Part shown: positions 12,201 to 25,134 of the stretch, in pieces
How the letters are laid out: each line of letters opens with the position of its first letter
How positions within the stretch are numbered: the stretch's first letter is position 1
Origin: Salisapilia sapeloensis CBS 127946
Lineage: Eukaryota; Protista; Oomycota
Assembly: GCA_023334545.1 (NCBI GenBank)
Contig: JAADVB010000036.1
Location: forward strand, 1-64,000
Direction: 5' to 3'
DNA: 64,000 nt
The notes under the pieces: model-generated
What the model was told of the DNA's origin: nothing
What the model saw: only the letters and a program-made list of their open reading frames with translations
Databases searched by the model: none
Translations under genes and position numbers: made by a program

Positions 12201-12401
12201 GAATAAATCTGCATCCAAATCTGCCGCAGATGGAAAGAGCGTATCAAACTTCCATTCCGTCAGTATCCTCTCTGTTCTATCCACTACTTGATCCACTAAT
12301 CGAAGGCATTGGTCATCTAGGTCGAGGTCAAACACTGGCGCAGCTCGGTTCGCTTGTGTAACAAAGCACGCGACTTGAACAGGCGCTTCGATACCTTCCA
12401 T
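9278..12401 (-). CDS. Divergent kinesin-motor-like protein with C-terminal coiled coil (4 exons)
   Basis: WKFDTLF...AVENAVRGINSNVIACG, LSSWIVVNNTVKDLF and LHLVDV follow kinesin motor order, but the nucleotide motifs are degenerate. ORF 10164-12503 splices through about 9900-10125 and 9655-9895 into 9278-9620. Confidence 0.6.
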
Positions 12402-12661
12402 CCTCAACTCTTCACGGAAAGGAAAAAGCAGCGAACATGAACATTTGAATGAAGAAACGTCAATCCGATCGATCGCTAATAAAAGCAACAAGACAAGATG
12501 CAAATGCTAAAAATAGTAGATTAGTTAGATACCATCCTCGGTCAGCCACCCACTCTATCACGACGCGCCGTCAAGTACTTGTCGACTCTGTCGTCGCACT
12601 TGGCGCCAAAAGCAGAGTATACTTATCACTTAGATTACAACGTTGACGGCGACGATCCATT

Positions 12662-13678
12662 TCATCGTTCTCCTGCCAAGACAGCTAGTGTATCAGCTTC
12701 ATCCTGGTCCATATCGTACACAGGCAATGGAAGTTGCAATGGTGGAGACGATTGTGGCAAAATCGAGAGTTCCTGAGACGCATTCGAAACCGAGTGCTCA
12801 CACGTTGTGCCTGCATCACAAGCTTCTTGCAGTCCGTCACTCTTACCAGCCACCTTTTCCGTCAGCTCATCAAAGAGACCGTGCTTCCATGCTGCGTGCT
12901 TGATTTCGAGAAAATGGATCACGTCCACGGCGTTCCAAAAATGGGCATTATCAAGCTTCCGCACGCGTGTGCCGTTCTGACTGTCTCGAAATACTTTTTC
13001 AACGCGTTGGACGTCGACTCGAATGTCATCTAGCTCGACGCCACTCGAGACTAAGAAACGCAGCAATACTAGGACTTCGTATTCGGAAGGACGGTAGTGG
13101 CCGCTATGGGGGTACAAAGTGCGAATGGTACCATGCTCCACGACCATCATACCCGCCGTCTGGACACATTCGCCCGCGACAAAGCTCGTGTGGTGGATGC
13201 GCGGGATCTTCTTCGTCTCCTTCTGACTTCCATACAGGATGCCGTCTCGAAGGACGAAGATCCAGCCATCTTCACCTGTATCGACGATCTGTTGAGACGC
13301 GTCGTGGATGAGCTTCCCGCCATGGACGGACAGTGCAAATTGCTGACGCTCGGCGTCTGTGTCACAATACAGCACCGTCTCCCGTTCGAGCTTGGTACGT
13401 GGCACACCTTCGACTTCTATCGACTCGTCGTCGAGCCACTCCCAAAAGCTTGGTTTCGACGGTAGTCGCTTCCACTCTTTATAGTACGCTCGGAGATTGG
13501 CACCGTATCTATGCTTTCGATCACAAACTTCGAGCCAACTCTTCTTGTCCACGACGGCAATGTTGCCAGCGCTATAGCCTTTGACAAGCTTCGGCGAGTA
13601 CTTTTTGGCGAGTTTGACAATCTCGTGCATGTTTCGGTACGTAGATCGACGTTTATAGTTGATAGACTCGTCGGTCAT
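12662..13678 (-). CDS. IQM-like protein (core shared with plant IQM and fungal IQ-calmodulin-binding proteins)
   Basis: WLEVCDRKHRYGANLRAYY...FWEWLD, WIFVL, HHTSFVAG...AG...YPHSGHYRP match the conserved IQM core. No clear IQ motif seen. Confidence 0.75.
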   Translation of the reverse strand: MTDESINYKRRSTYRNMHEIVKLAKKYSPKLVKGYSAGNIAVVDKKSWLEVCDRKHRYGANLRAYYKEWKRLPSKPSFWEWLDDESIEVEGVPRTKLERETVLYCDTDAERQQFALSVHGGKLIHDASQQIVDTGEDGWIFVLRDGILYGSQKETKKIPRIHHTSFVAGECVQTAGMMVVEHGTIRTLYPHSGHYRPSEYEVLVLLRFLVSSGVELDDIRVDVQRVEKVFRDSQNGTRVRKLDNAHFWNAVDVIHFLEIKHAAWKHGLFDELTEKVAGKSDGLQEACDAGTTCEHSVSNASQELSILPQSSPPLQLPLPVYDMDQDEADTLAVLAGER

Positions 13679-14773
13679 TGCCGGGGTGGTGGCGTTTCCT
13701 GTAGATACTGTTGATACGGTCGCGGGTTGCTCGATCGTGTAGGAATCGATTGTCCACCGCCGTTCGCGACCGCCGTCTCGCGTGCCTTCTGTGCGGACGC
13801 TGGTGCGTTGTGTGTTTCCTTCTATTGCGGTTTCGATCGGACGACGTGGCCGAATGGGAACTCGGCTGTGTCCGTCGAGTGGGTGCTAGTGAGCTAGTGC
13901 CAAAGGAAGAAATGTGGCGACTCGAGAAAAATTCGAAGACTCAATGCGTTTTGTACAGTAACGCCTTGTTCTGTCTATCAGCCACGAAATAAAAGCAAAA
14001 GGGCTTGACGGTGTAGCTGCGTCTCGATGACAACACACGAGTGCGGGCAGCGAAATGGAAACAAGGGGTTTGTGTGGGCAAGAAAGGAACGATACGCAAT
14101 TGGAACACGTGCCTCAGTCACTGCGCACACACCGTTTTGCGTATTAATTACGTATCTGGATCTAGCACCCTCGAGATGTGTTCGTAGGTTGAAAATAGAA
14201 ATCGTTGGCGCCTGTGCCGATAAGCGTGGCGTTAGGAACAAGCATGAACATACTAGAAGACGTCCGCACGTACCTATTTGCGTAAGCGTCTGTGTATACA
14301 AGTTGACTACAAGTCCAATGCGTTGCAACGATAAGCGAGTAGTAAGAACGGAAGAAAACCGACTCTTCCTCGTCCCTCGCGCTTTACTTGAGCTCTTTGC
14401 GGCAAATTCGATTATGAATGCAACACTTCATCCCGCATGCCATTTCAGCCAATCCATATGCAGTAACGCAGACTTGGACCAATCAACGGGCGATCAGACG
14501 AAGAAGTCATGCCCAGCTTGCCGCATCTCGGTCGATAGTCATCCTGCTCCCGAGATTCGTCCTGCGGCCATTCATGATAGTACAGATGTATAGGCATTCG
14601 GCAATTCATCCAAAAGTTCATTTTTGTCGGTGTTTCTCATGATTTAATAGTAAAAACGTTTTACGTAGAGAAGACACCTGGTGCTGGACACCTGACCGGG
14701 TTCCGATCATCATTGAAGTAGTCGAGAAACTATTTACGTCACATGTTTCTCGCGAAAGTAGACTTTGGGCAAG

Positions 14774-17700
14774 ATGAATGCTCCACCTTCCTCTACCTTG
14801 GAACGTACTATCCAAGTCGGTGCTGAAGCAGCTCGCTTCATTACTCAGCAGCAAGAGCTACAGCCCTACCTTCAGATTCCACTGGATCAGGATGCAAGTC
14901 GCACGCAACGTCTGCAGGACGTTGGACATCGAGTGCATCGCCTGGAAGAAAGCAATCGGCATAGATATCGTAGTCCGAAAAAAGATGGAAAGCAAGAGGA
15001 AGTAAAAACTAGTCAGTATGCAGCACTCGCATCTGCAGACTGGGACGACGAATCGGCCATGACAGAGTTACTGGTACGTATGCAAACACTGAATAGAAGA
15101 CTATCTTGCATGTAGCTCAATATAAACTTGCTACGCAGAAAACTATGCAAATGGACCAGGAGTGGGACACGAGATCCTGGACCAAGTTGAAGATACATGC
15201 CGCGATAGATCATTTGTACGACGAGATCGGCTTGTCTGACGACGACAGACGTCGGACCTTGGCGACCCGGATGCTCGTGCGATTGCTTGAAACGAGGTCA
15301 GGTGGGTCTAACTTTTCTATCGGGAAATACGTTTTGTTTTGCATTGTAACGACCTGCTTGTCATTCGTAGACGCAAGGGATCATATAGATACAACGCTGC
15401 CTATGATCATGAATAAGGCATTCAAGTCTCCCACTTCCGGGAATGAAAAACTAAATCAGTATCGCTTCATTATCTTGCTATCGACGTTGGCCGAGTGGTT
15501 TCCATACGTCATGTCGAAAGAGAACGCTGTACGTAAGAGTGATTTGTCTCGACACATAACCTGACTGGCAGTACACTTACATTAGTATCCAGGTGGCACG
15601 TAGTATCAAGTGGCTTACAGAGGAAGCTGACTGCTGTGCACAATTGGTGCAGCATCAATGGCGTCGATTTATTTCTGACCGGCACTATTCGAGAGAGGGT
15701 AGCAGCTTCGATGCAACATTGAGAGCAAGACAGCGGGTGATGCAAATGTTCAAGTACATGACGTTGCAACATCGTCTGAAAGCTATTAGAAAAGAGTTCG
15801 GACCAAGCAGCCTTTTACCTGATGTCATGCTCAGCTGCATCAAAATCCTATCTATCCTAACTACTCCTCCATCTGCAGATTCAAACACCAGCAGAATCAC
15901 CAGAATGAACGTTGACCAGCGTCGTGTTCTAACCTCCGGAGTTCTATCGGTTATCGTACCTTACATTTCGACCGACAATGACCGATCTCGCGCGACCCTT
16001 GTCATCCAAATCGTTTCCAATTTGAGCATTAGCCTCTCTCCAGAATGCATTATCGATATATTATCCACCGATGTTATCCGTCGGGCGCTTCAGTACTTAC
16101 AACAAGTCACTAACGCACAGTTGAACGTCACTTGCGATAGACAAACGTATCAAGTTCTCGAACTCATAACGTCTTTGGCAGCTATGACAGCTCAGGCTTT
16201 TTTCTATGATACAGGTCGAGAAACATCTAGTTCAAGCCGAAGAGGCCAGCTACGCTCTCGTAGTGAAGAAGACTACGTCAAACGTGTACTTCAGTCTACG
16301 ACAAGAGCCTTTCTTGTAAATGTGCAGATTATAAATCACTTACTCCAGTTTCTCCAAGTTACCAGTCATGACAATGCAGCTCGTATACAGCTTTTAATCA
16401 GCTTGAAACATTTAATTGCAGCAGAAGGTAGAACACCGATGTTAGAGTGCTTGACGAAGAACGGAGGGCGCTACCTCACACTTTTGTTGCAGCTTATGGT
16501 TGGTCAAGATCTAGTCATCGCAGCCAACGCCTTTGACGTTTTCCACGAACTTACAAAGCACCAAGATGCGCGCGATGGACTTACATCTGCTGGGGCTGTC
16601 CGTGCCCTCCTAAGCTTTATCCACCTTGCTAAAGCAGAAAAAGAAAGAGTTGTTGCCATGACAACGTATATGAGTCTCATAGGCATCGTATTACTCTCAG
16701 CCTACGATCGTTCTCCTCACAGCATCGAGTACTATCACAATAGCTTCGCGTCTATACATGACCGCATCTACTTCTTTTACGAAGTGCTGCTTTCGCTCGT
16801 GCTTTCCAGCCAAAGTGACAGAGATAATAATAGAGTTCGTATCGTTCGTCAAACAGCCTCGTTCTGGCATGACACACAAGCTCTCTCATCCCTTCTATCC
16901 GTTCTTGTACAAGTCCATCCAAAGTGCATGTCACCCCCCATGCAGAGTAAAAGGCAACGCAATATTAGTTGCATAGTCCTCGGGAGGTTCTGCCGATCAA
17001 GCAAAGTTACTCCATCACTGTTCTCAGAAGACACAGTCGTACATCTAGCTCTCAGTCTTCAATCAAATCGAATGGACATCCTTGAACAAGGAACGACTAA
17101 GCTATCTCAAGGCGAACGTTACCTCAATCAAGTTGGCGACATGGAAGCGCTTAGGGCACTAAGTCGACTTGCACGCTGTCCAAGCACTAGTGTAAATGCC
17201 TCTCTTCGGCCGTCTCTCACGTCATATCACGTTCCAGAGTGGCCACAGGCACTTGTATGTGACGTACTCACACGTCTTCACGTCCTGGAAGATATAGTTA
17301 TGCTCATCCGTGTACCGACGGATGCTGCAGAGTTTCCAACAACCGAAGTGGAAATGGTGTCGTCTGCGATTGAACTCGTCGGGTACATACCACCATTTCC
17401 ATTTGGAAGTGCAGCACGTGACCAGTTCCTTCGAGGTGGAGGGCAGCCAGAGCATATTAAGTATACAAAAGAGAAGCATGAGCATTTGATCAAGGTTTCT
17501 GTTCCATCCATCCTCCGTGTCCTCCGTGATGAAAATTGTATACTTGCATTGATCGAAAAGTGTTGCGCCAGTCTAAGCCGTCTTGCATGTAACCCAGCAT
17601 CGAGTCAACTTCTCCTGTCCATGGGATGCCTAGGTACTGCCGTCGTGCACCTCCCACAGATGCTAGTGTGCACACCAGTAAAAAAAGCTGTCATCACGTC

Positions 17701-18982
17701 TCATTCGGACGATAGCAAGCTCCTTCGCATCCCCTCGTCCTTATATACTTTATTGTCACGATTGTGTCTAGTCGAAGAAGGACGACAGCAGCTCATTCGT
17801 GCCCAGGTACTTCCTCGCATCCTCCGTCGTGCCCAAGTTTCGGATCCAAGCAGTCAAAAGGATTGTGCTTGCAAAGGTGAGATCGCAGCTATCATAGCTG
17901 AGGTTGCTCCAGTAAACGCTATCGAAGGAGCAGGTCCAGACCTGTTCCTCCGGTATCGAGTGCTGGAATGGCTTACTGCCATCTTGCGGAAGTACTTGGA
18001 AGATAAGAAAAAAGATAAAGTAATTGGACGATGCATGTCGAATGCAGTCAAGGCTATTGCTGCATTGAGTCAAGACGTACTTGTCTGGGTGCCACGCATC
18101 ATCCAACTCGATGTTATAGCTCCTATTGCTCCGTTCTTGCGCTCAAATACAAAAAATGAAGTTGCTAGAGATGGAATGATTCAACGGGATGCTGTAAAGT
18201 TACTGCGAAATGTAGCTTCGTACCCACTAGGTACTTACAACGATATCTTTTACAAGGACATTTGTAAAGATGAAAGCAGTCCTGTCATTCTTATCGATCT
18301 CCTACGGAGTCTTCATTTCGCCAACTTTGCTGCAAAGGCCCGGGGTATGCAGCAGAATGATCTGTCTGAAGACACGAAAGAAATTCTTCGCTTGCTTGAA
18401 CGGTGTCAAGTGAAACCGACGTCAGTTCCCGTGATATCAATCAAAGAAGGTTTAAAGAAACACTCGCCTCGTATCGAGAGTGTGCAAGCAGATCAAAATG
18501 TCCATGTAAAAGTGGATTTGAAAAGCGAGGATGCTACATGTAATTCCTATATCAAAGAAGAGGAAGGCATAATAAAAGCGAAAGCTATGAAAGTAGCAAC
18601 AAATACATGCAAGACAAACAGATTTGTAGTTTCCAGTCCGAAGAAAACGGACCTACAAGGCATTGACATCGAAGCTACACGACCACAGTCCATCTCTACT
18701 ACGCCCTTAAATAGTCCATCTCGCACACTACCAGATACCGAATCGAACTACTATACATTTGCACGACCCAAGCGACATGTATTAAAGTCGAAGAATACAG
18801 GACTCATGCTAGATCCCCTCTTCCAGTTGCCTGGTGTAGCAGCTTCTACCGATCCAACCCAAAAGTCATCATCAGACATACTTGATGCATCTCCTCGTGA
18901 ACTTTTACACGAGCTCGATCAACTGGGGCATTTCGTTGAAGTGAAAGCAATGCGTAATCAGAGTCCAGCAAAGCGTAGATAA
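14774..18982 (+). CDS. Large armadillo/HEAT-repeat protein with IQ-like motif; 5' exons uncertain
   Basis: 1129-aa terminal ORF with helical repeats (GVLSVIVPYI, AGAVRALLSF, QVLPRILR) and IQ-like AQLVQHQWRRF. Upstream ORFs 14765-15115 and 15106-15564 are separated by GT-AG gaps. Confidence 0.6.
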
Positions 18983-19055
18983 AGAGCTCGTAAGTCATAA
19001 GACGCATGCAAAAAGTGATGGCAAGACTAGCAGAAGAGAAATCTATTACAAATCT

Positions 19056-20513
19056 CTAGACTAGACTGTCTCCACCTTGACGCTTGTTCGATGTACCGTA
19101 TTGAGGCTTGCCACTCGAGTTCGCGCGAATCAGTCGCTGTGTCGATCCGGCACTTCCAGGTCGACTCATCGTCGGCGTCTGACGATACACGATCTTCCCA
19201 CTTCGTTTCCGCATGAGATGCGTCTTCTGCAGCGTCGGCGATGTGTACATTGGTGATCTTTCCACTGATCCTGTATCTCGTTGTCGTTCTTCTTTCTCCG
19301 AATGATATACGAGCAAACCAATGACAAGTACGAAGAGTGCAAAGCCGTCGTAGATGGTAAAGCTCTGAGCAGCAAGTCGACCCGTCAGCAACGGGATCAT
19401 GTACAAAAAGTCTGTGAGCGGCAGTCCGACGGCAGAGGATACGACAAAGAGGACACTACTGCCTTCTTTAAAGATGTATAGCATGAGCTGGTTGTAAGCG
19501 GTGTTGAAAATGATGAAAACGAGGAAAACCTCCAGTACGCCTTCATTACACTCAAGGTGCTTGTCGTTGAAATCCACTGGATTACCAAGGAAGCAGTTGT
19601 GTGCTGCCTCTAGGTACGGAATGAATTGACTCCATGGCACGGGAGGGTCACTGAAGGCACGAATGCGTACCGTCCAAATTGTTCCCATGCCGAGCAAGAG
19701 CTGGTACACAGAGATCCAGACGTTGGCGTACCAGATATCGAGATCAACACCTTTGAGTCCAATCTCCTTGTACACATTTGAGACTGCAGAAGGCACGAGA
19801 GATACGATGTAGAGGATGATCCACCCAGCGGTCGGGTCCGGCATGTTCACAGCCTCTTGGCCGGTAAAGATCGGCAGCATGTCGACGAGACCCCCGTAAA
19901 GTACGAGTGTAGCGCCGAGTAAATGGCCTCGTTTAAACTTGGTTGAGAGAAAGTAGTAAGATAGGACGAGATTAAACGGCAGGATGAGTTGGTTCAGGAC
20001 GTTGGCCAAGTTTCCACCAATGTGTGGCGTGGGGAAGGCGCTCAGGAGATTGTACAGTGTATCACATAGCGCCATGATGGCATACTTGTAGTGAGGGAAC
20101 TCTCGCATCTCAGGCGTAATGTCATCTACAGCACAAGGATTTAATCACACATAAACGTACGAAGAGAGTGGATGGCGTGCGACGTACTTGTAAACGCGAG
20201 TTTATACCTACATGCATAACATCATTAAAACCCACTGGCATAGTAGCTTTGGGTGTATACGCACATGACAACAGGGATGGAGCTTGCGAGGAACGCAATC
20301 GGGAGGACGATATTAGAAAAGTACCACAAAAACTCGCCATAGTCATACGTGATACGGCTGGACGGATGTGCAAACACAAATGAGGATCACTACTAGCAAA
20401 TCAAGCAACGGCATGACGTACGTATATAGCACTCGGTCGACACATCGAGAGGCGATGAGGAGTGTGAGGGCAATGGCCAACTTGGACTCCCACAACAAGC
20501 GTCGCACGTTCAT
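19056..20513 (-). CDS. CRT-like (chloroquine-resistance-transporter family, DMT superfamily) membrane transporter, 4 exons
   Basis: MNVRRLLWESKLAIALTLLIASRCVDRVLYT|RITYDYGEFLWYFSNIVLPIAF...|YKLAFT|NDITPEMREFPHYKYAIMALCD...NQLILPFNLVLSYYFL...; about 10 hydrophobic segments. Confidence 0.7.
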
Positions 20514-20605
20514 GCGTTTCGAATAGCTAAAAGATAGAAAAAAGCGTTTGGTTTGGTTTCAAATCGATTGCACATCACTCGAAACACATGATGCGTTATC
20601 AGGTT

Positions 20606-23397
20606 CTACTTGAGTTGTTTTGAGTGGAAACCAGCCATCTTGGTGCTCACGATTGCTGTCACTTTGCTATGTTCCATTAATGTATCATCGAGAGCTCGGT
20701 CTCGACCGTTGGATAGAAGCTCTGACAACAATTGCTCCATCTCCTTTGGCTCCGTGACGAGTTGTGATGCACAAGAACGCATGAACTCAGCGTTAAGCTG
20801 GACTTGCTGCAACGCAAATTTACTCAGATCCATCTTACGCAGCCACTCGTTGTATGCTTTGATGCTCATTTTAAGCATGTACTGGGCAAACCAAGTCGAG
20901 GAGAGGTCATCTGGGGCTGGTTGGAAGACCACGACCTTTTCTGAAAAGATATTTTCGACGTCAAGACGCATACCTCGTGCCCCGTTCCCATTCGAACGAA
21001 GAGCAGTGGGTTGACGACGCGTCGCATTGGTTCGATTGCGTGGAACAGGACTAGGATTTTCATGAAAAGCTTTCATCAGTTGTGTCTGGACACTTTGGAC
21101 TGTCTCCATCGCCACCACGACCATCTCTTGGACACTTCGAGGTTCTTCCGACACCTCCGTCCAAGCAGATGTCTGGAGACCTTGATGAAGTGTTCCACAA
21201 ACTTGCTGACCAAACGTCTTGGCACTATGCTGCAAAAGGTTGAAAGCAACGTCACGAAGCAGTTGCGTCATATACGCACCATCAAGGTGCTTTCGACGAG
21301 ACGACACTGCCGTCGGACTAGACGGAGGGATACATGCAGATAGAGCTTCGATACAGTCATTTAAACCATCGACAGCAAGGGTATCATAGACTTGGTACAG
21401 GTATACAAAGAAAAGCGGATGCAGCTCGACTTTTGGAAGCTCCTTGCCTCCAGTAGATAGTCCACAAAAGTCACCACGGTCTCCTTCCATGTAAACTAGA
21501 GCAGCATCCATGAGCCAACGCAAGAAGTGATAGAACTGTGCTTGGAGGAGATTGGGAAATAAAGAGCTCATCTCGGGCAAGATGACGCTACCGCTCTGGA
21601 GTAGAGGTTGCGTCTGACGAAGACACGTTTGGATCGTCTTTGAAAACGACTTTGCTGCCTCCTTTCCACTTTCAACAATTGCCACTGAAGTTTCTGATTG
21701 TCTTAAGGAACGGACGTCGCGATCAGTAGCTTCGAAGAGCTCAATGGCAGTCAAATGGAGCTGGTCGAAGACTGTACCAAGATGATATTGAATGCAGCTT
21801 TCCACCGTCTTTACTGCCCCTGACGCGAGTTGTAATGATGGAAAGATCTCATCGACTTCTTGCGCCTGTGAGAGTACTCCTTTCAACGTCCACATGAGGA
21901 CAAAGTACGCGTCACTAGTAGCACTACCATGGGCTTCAATCGACTCTTCCATACTTCCTCTTTCACTTTCAAGTTTATGGACATCACTCGGGTTACCAAG
22001 TTCGCTAGACGGACGCTGAAGTTGCGTTGTAGACATCTCAAGGTACTTGTTAAACAGGTCTGTCGCAAATGTCTGTAGAGGATCCTCTTCAGTAGACGAC
22101 GACTCAGGAGGTTGCTCCTTGTTATCTTCCGATGATGATGGCGCAAAGGTCTCCTTGTAGACTTGAAGTACGCGCATGAATGGAACGAGGAATGTGTCAT
22201 CCAGCTGCTGCAAGACGTGGATACCCAACGTTCCCTCCGTGAGGCTCTATGAAGTAGATGCATACATTAGACGAGTGCAATAGACGCTATGGTTGCTTCT
22301 GATACCTGTAGGTCCTTAAGCTTTGCAGTAAAGTAGACTTCATGCCAGCTTAAAAATTGCTTCTTCATATCGTCTGTACAAGCATTTAGTTGACTTAGTA
22401 ATTCCACTGCTTCGCATATCTAGTGGTATCAACATGCATTAGATTCGTTGCGTGCTAGATAGAGGATTCGACTGTATGACCTGGTCGGATGTGAGCTTTG
22501 GGTCTGAAAGACGACGGATTAAGATCGTTTCAAGCCCTTCTACAATCTTCTCAGCTTCCTTTTGGATCGTCTGGATATTAGGATCATTAAGTGATTGCAT
22601 AAGTACTTGATGGACACGGTAATAAAAGCAGACCAAGATCTACCTGGAACGATGTAATATGCTCATAGCGTCCTAATATTCGACGCGCTAGTAGGAAATA
22701 CTTTGTTGCATTTGCATACTCCTCCTTCTTTACAGCTTGCTTTAACCGTTGTGGCAATTCGAAAATAAACTCAAGGCGTTTGAGCAGACGATGAACGCCA
22801 ATGAGCTTTTCCACCTAATCAATATTGTTAGTCTACATACGAGGGATGTGGAAATTGGCTTGCGAAATGATGTACCTTTCCACGCTGAGGTGCCAGCGCC
22901 GTGTTGATCCGCTCGCTTTTATCGATGATCGAATCCATTTTGGTCATTACTTGTTCCATATCATTTTCCATACCAGAGACATTGTTCTAAAGAGGCTGCA
23001 TGTCAATACAGTACTTGATCAGAAGCTAGTGATGTGTCAAGATCAAGACCTTCATCTTCCGAATCGTGTCCGTTGCGCTGATAAACTTGTTATAATTTTC
23101 ATACACCAGCATTTGCATATTCGTGTCCAGCTCCTTGACTTCACGCACCAGTTCATCATCCCGGCGCAGTAAATCGTTCATCCCCATCGATTCCAGCATG
23201 TTCTAGGTAAATTCAAATATCAATTTTCCCATCTCAGCAAGTATCTTGCCTATGAATCGCACCTTGACATATGCATTCGAGTCAAAACTTGAGGAATCAA
23301 TATCTCTATGATCTCCAGTCCTTCGCTGCGAATCGGCGAGACCATAGTAGCTACTAAGAAGCTCCTGCATGCGAGAAATCCCATGCTCCTCGCTCAT
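20606..23397 (-). CDS. VPS51: Vacuolar protein sorting 51 (GARP/EARP subunit), multi-exon
   Basis: [48 protein letters not shown] and [15 protein letters not shown] are Vps51 hallmarks. Confidence 0.9.
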
Positions 23398-23638
23398 CCT
23401 ACTTGATGTTTTACTACGTGTCCATGGCAACAAATTAAACACATGCTATTCATTGGTTGTTCTTCTAAAAGATTGCATAGAAATGAATTGTTTCAAAACA
23501 ACGCAAAATGATCTCGGGAGCGCATTTCGCCCGTCGGCACCTCTCTCGCGCTCTATCTACCCATACAGTACATCTCTCTACCTTACGTTCTACCAAGAGT
23601 ACCCTCTCTTACACATAAATATACAGCGTACAGCTAAG

Positions 23639-24990
23639 ATGCCACGACGTGCTGGATTACTACCTAGGTCACTCCTGCTCGGTGGACTTGGCCTGTCAAT
23701 GCTCGCTGTCGTCCAGAGCGATGCCTCTGTCGAAGTGGGCATTGGTGCTTCTACTGCCGAATGTGATGCTGGCTTCAGTCCTAGCTTATCAGCAGAAGAA
23801 ATTAAGAAAAGCAGCGCTTTCCAACTACCGCTAGATGGAGAATTATTCCAACAAGTGGACGACTCTCGTGCCTCGGCCATCAGTTGTGCCACTTACAAGG
23901 CCAATTTCCCCATCGAAGACAAGTTCGACGTACTAACACTTCCTTCTGGTGACATCTTCGCTTCAGTATACGACGGCCATGGTAACGATTAGCAAGATGA
24001 CACCACAAGAGCATTTTATATTCACATCTATCTCTTGACTAGGTGGATGGCAAGTGTCTGAGTACGCCCGGAAGAATGTACTTAACAACGTACAGAAGGA
24101 AGTCAATGCACTCGTGCTTCCTGATCACAACGAGAAAGAATACAGTAAAGAAGTAGAGCAGTATCAAGTAGCAGGTGCGATCACACGAGGCTTCGAGAGC
24201 TCCGACAGAAACCTCATGAACCAAGTGGCTGAGGCGTTCAAACTCGGCTTTGGTGCCGTCGCTCGATGTGGATCCTGTGCGCTCGTCACCTACCTCCGTG
24301 ACCACACTCTTTACGTCGCCAACGGTATGTCCTACCTATTCTCTACACCCGACAATCTTACTCACAATTATGCCACTAGCGGGTGATATAAGAGCTGTCA
24401 TGGGCAAGCTAGACGCCTCGACCAAGAATGGGATGGCAGCAGTAGCGCTAAGCAACGACCATAATGCCATGTCCAAGACGGAGCAAGAGAAGCTGATCAA
24501 ATTGCATCCGGGAGAGCCGAATGTCTTCACGTGTCGACACCCGCAGTCATGCTACGTCCGAAGCGCGCTCCAACCGACACGTGCTCTAGGAGACTTTGCG
24601 CTCAAGTACTCCGAGTTCAACGGTCCGCCGTACAAGAATGGTGATCGATCTGCTGGTAGGCATCTACCTGCACCGTACACGCCTCCGTACATCACGGCGC
24701 AGCCAGAGATCGTTGCGCACGAGCTGTCAGCAGACGATCAATTCCTGATCATCGGATCTGATGGGCTGTGGGACTATCTGACGAATGAAGAGGCAGTGCA
24801 GGTCGTCATGGAGCAGGCAGGACGTGGCACCAAGGAACTAGCTGGTCGAGCGCTCGTGGATCGAGTGCTGCAGAAGGCTGCGGACAAGTACGACATGACG
24901 CAAAAGGAGCTGTTGAGCTTACCGCCAGGTAGTCACCGTCGCCGTAAGCACGATGATACGACTGTCGTCGTGCTCTTCTTTGATAAGTAG
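23639..24990 (+). CDS. PP2C-family phosphatase (pyruvate-dehydrogenase-phosphatase-like), 3 exons
   Basis: ANFPIEDK, SVYDGHG|GWQVSEY, YVANAGDIRAVMG, LQPTRALGDF, IIGSDGLWDYL, HDDTTVVVL. Confidence 0.9.
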
Positions 24991-25134
24991 GAAGAATCCA
25001 GGAAGAAATACAAATCATGAACTACAAAAATCGATTGCAACTGGGTCTCGTGTGTCCGAGACTCCGACATGAAACGTAGTGTCGGACTTGATGGGATCAC
25101 ATAGTAGCGACGTTGTATTCATATAGGAATGGAC

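Noticed and set aside
14027-14593. 188-aa plus-strand ORF ending with CPACR
   Set aside because: Atypical composition, lies in a divergent promoter region, and no complete zinc-finger pattern. Part of it may overlap 5' exons of the ARM gene in another frame.
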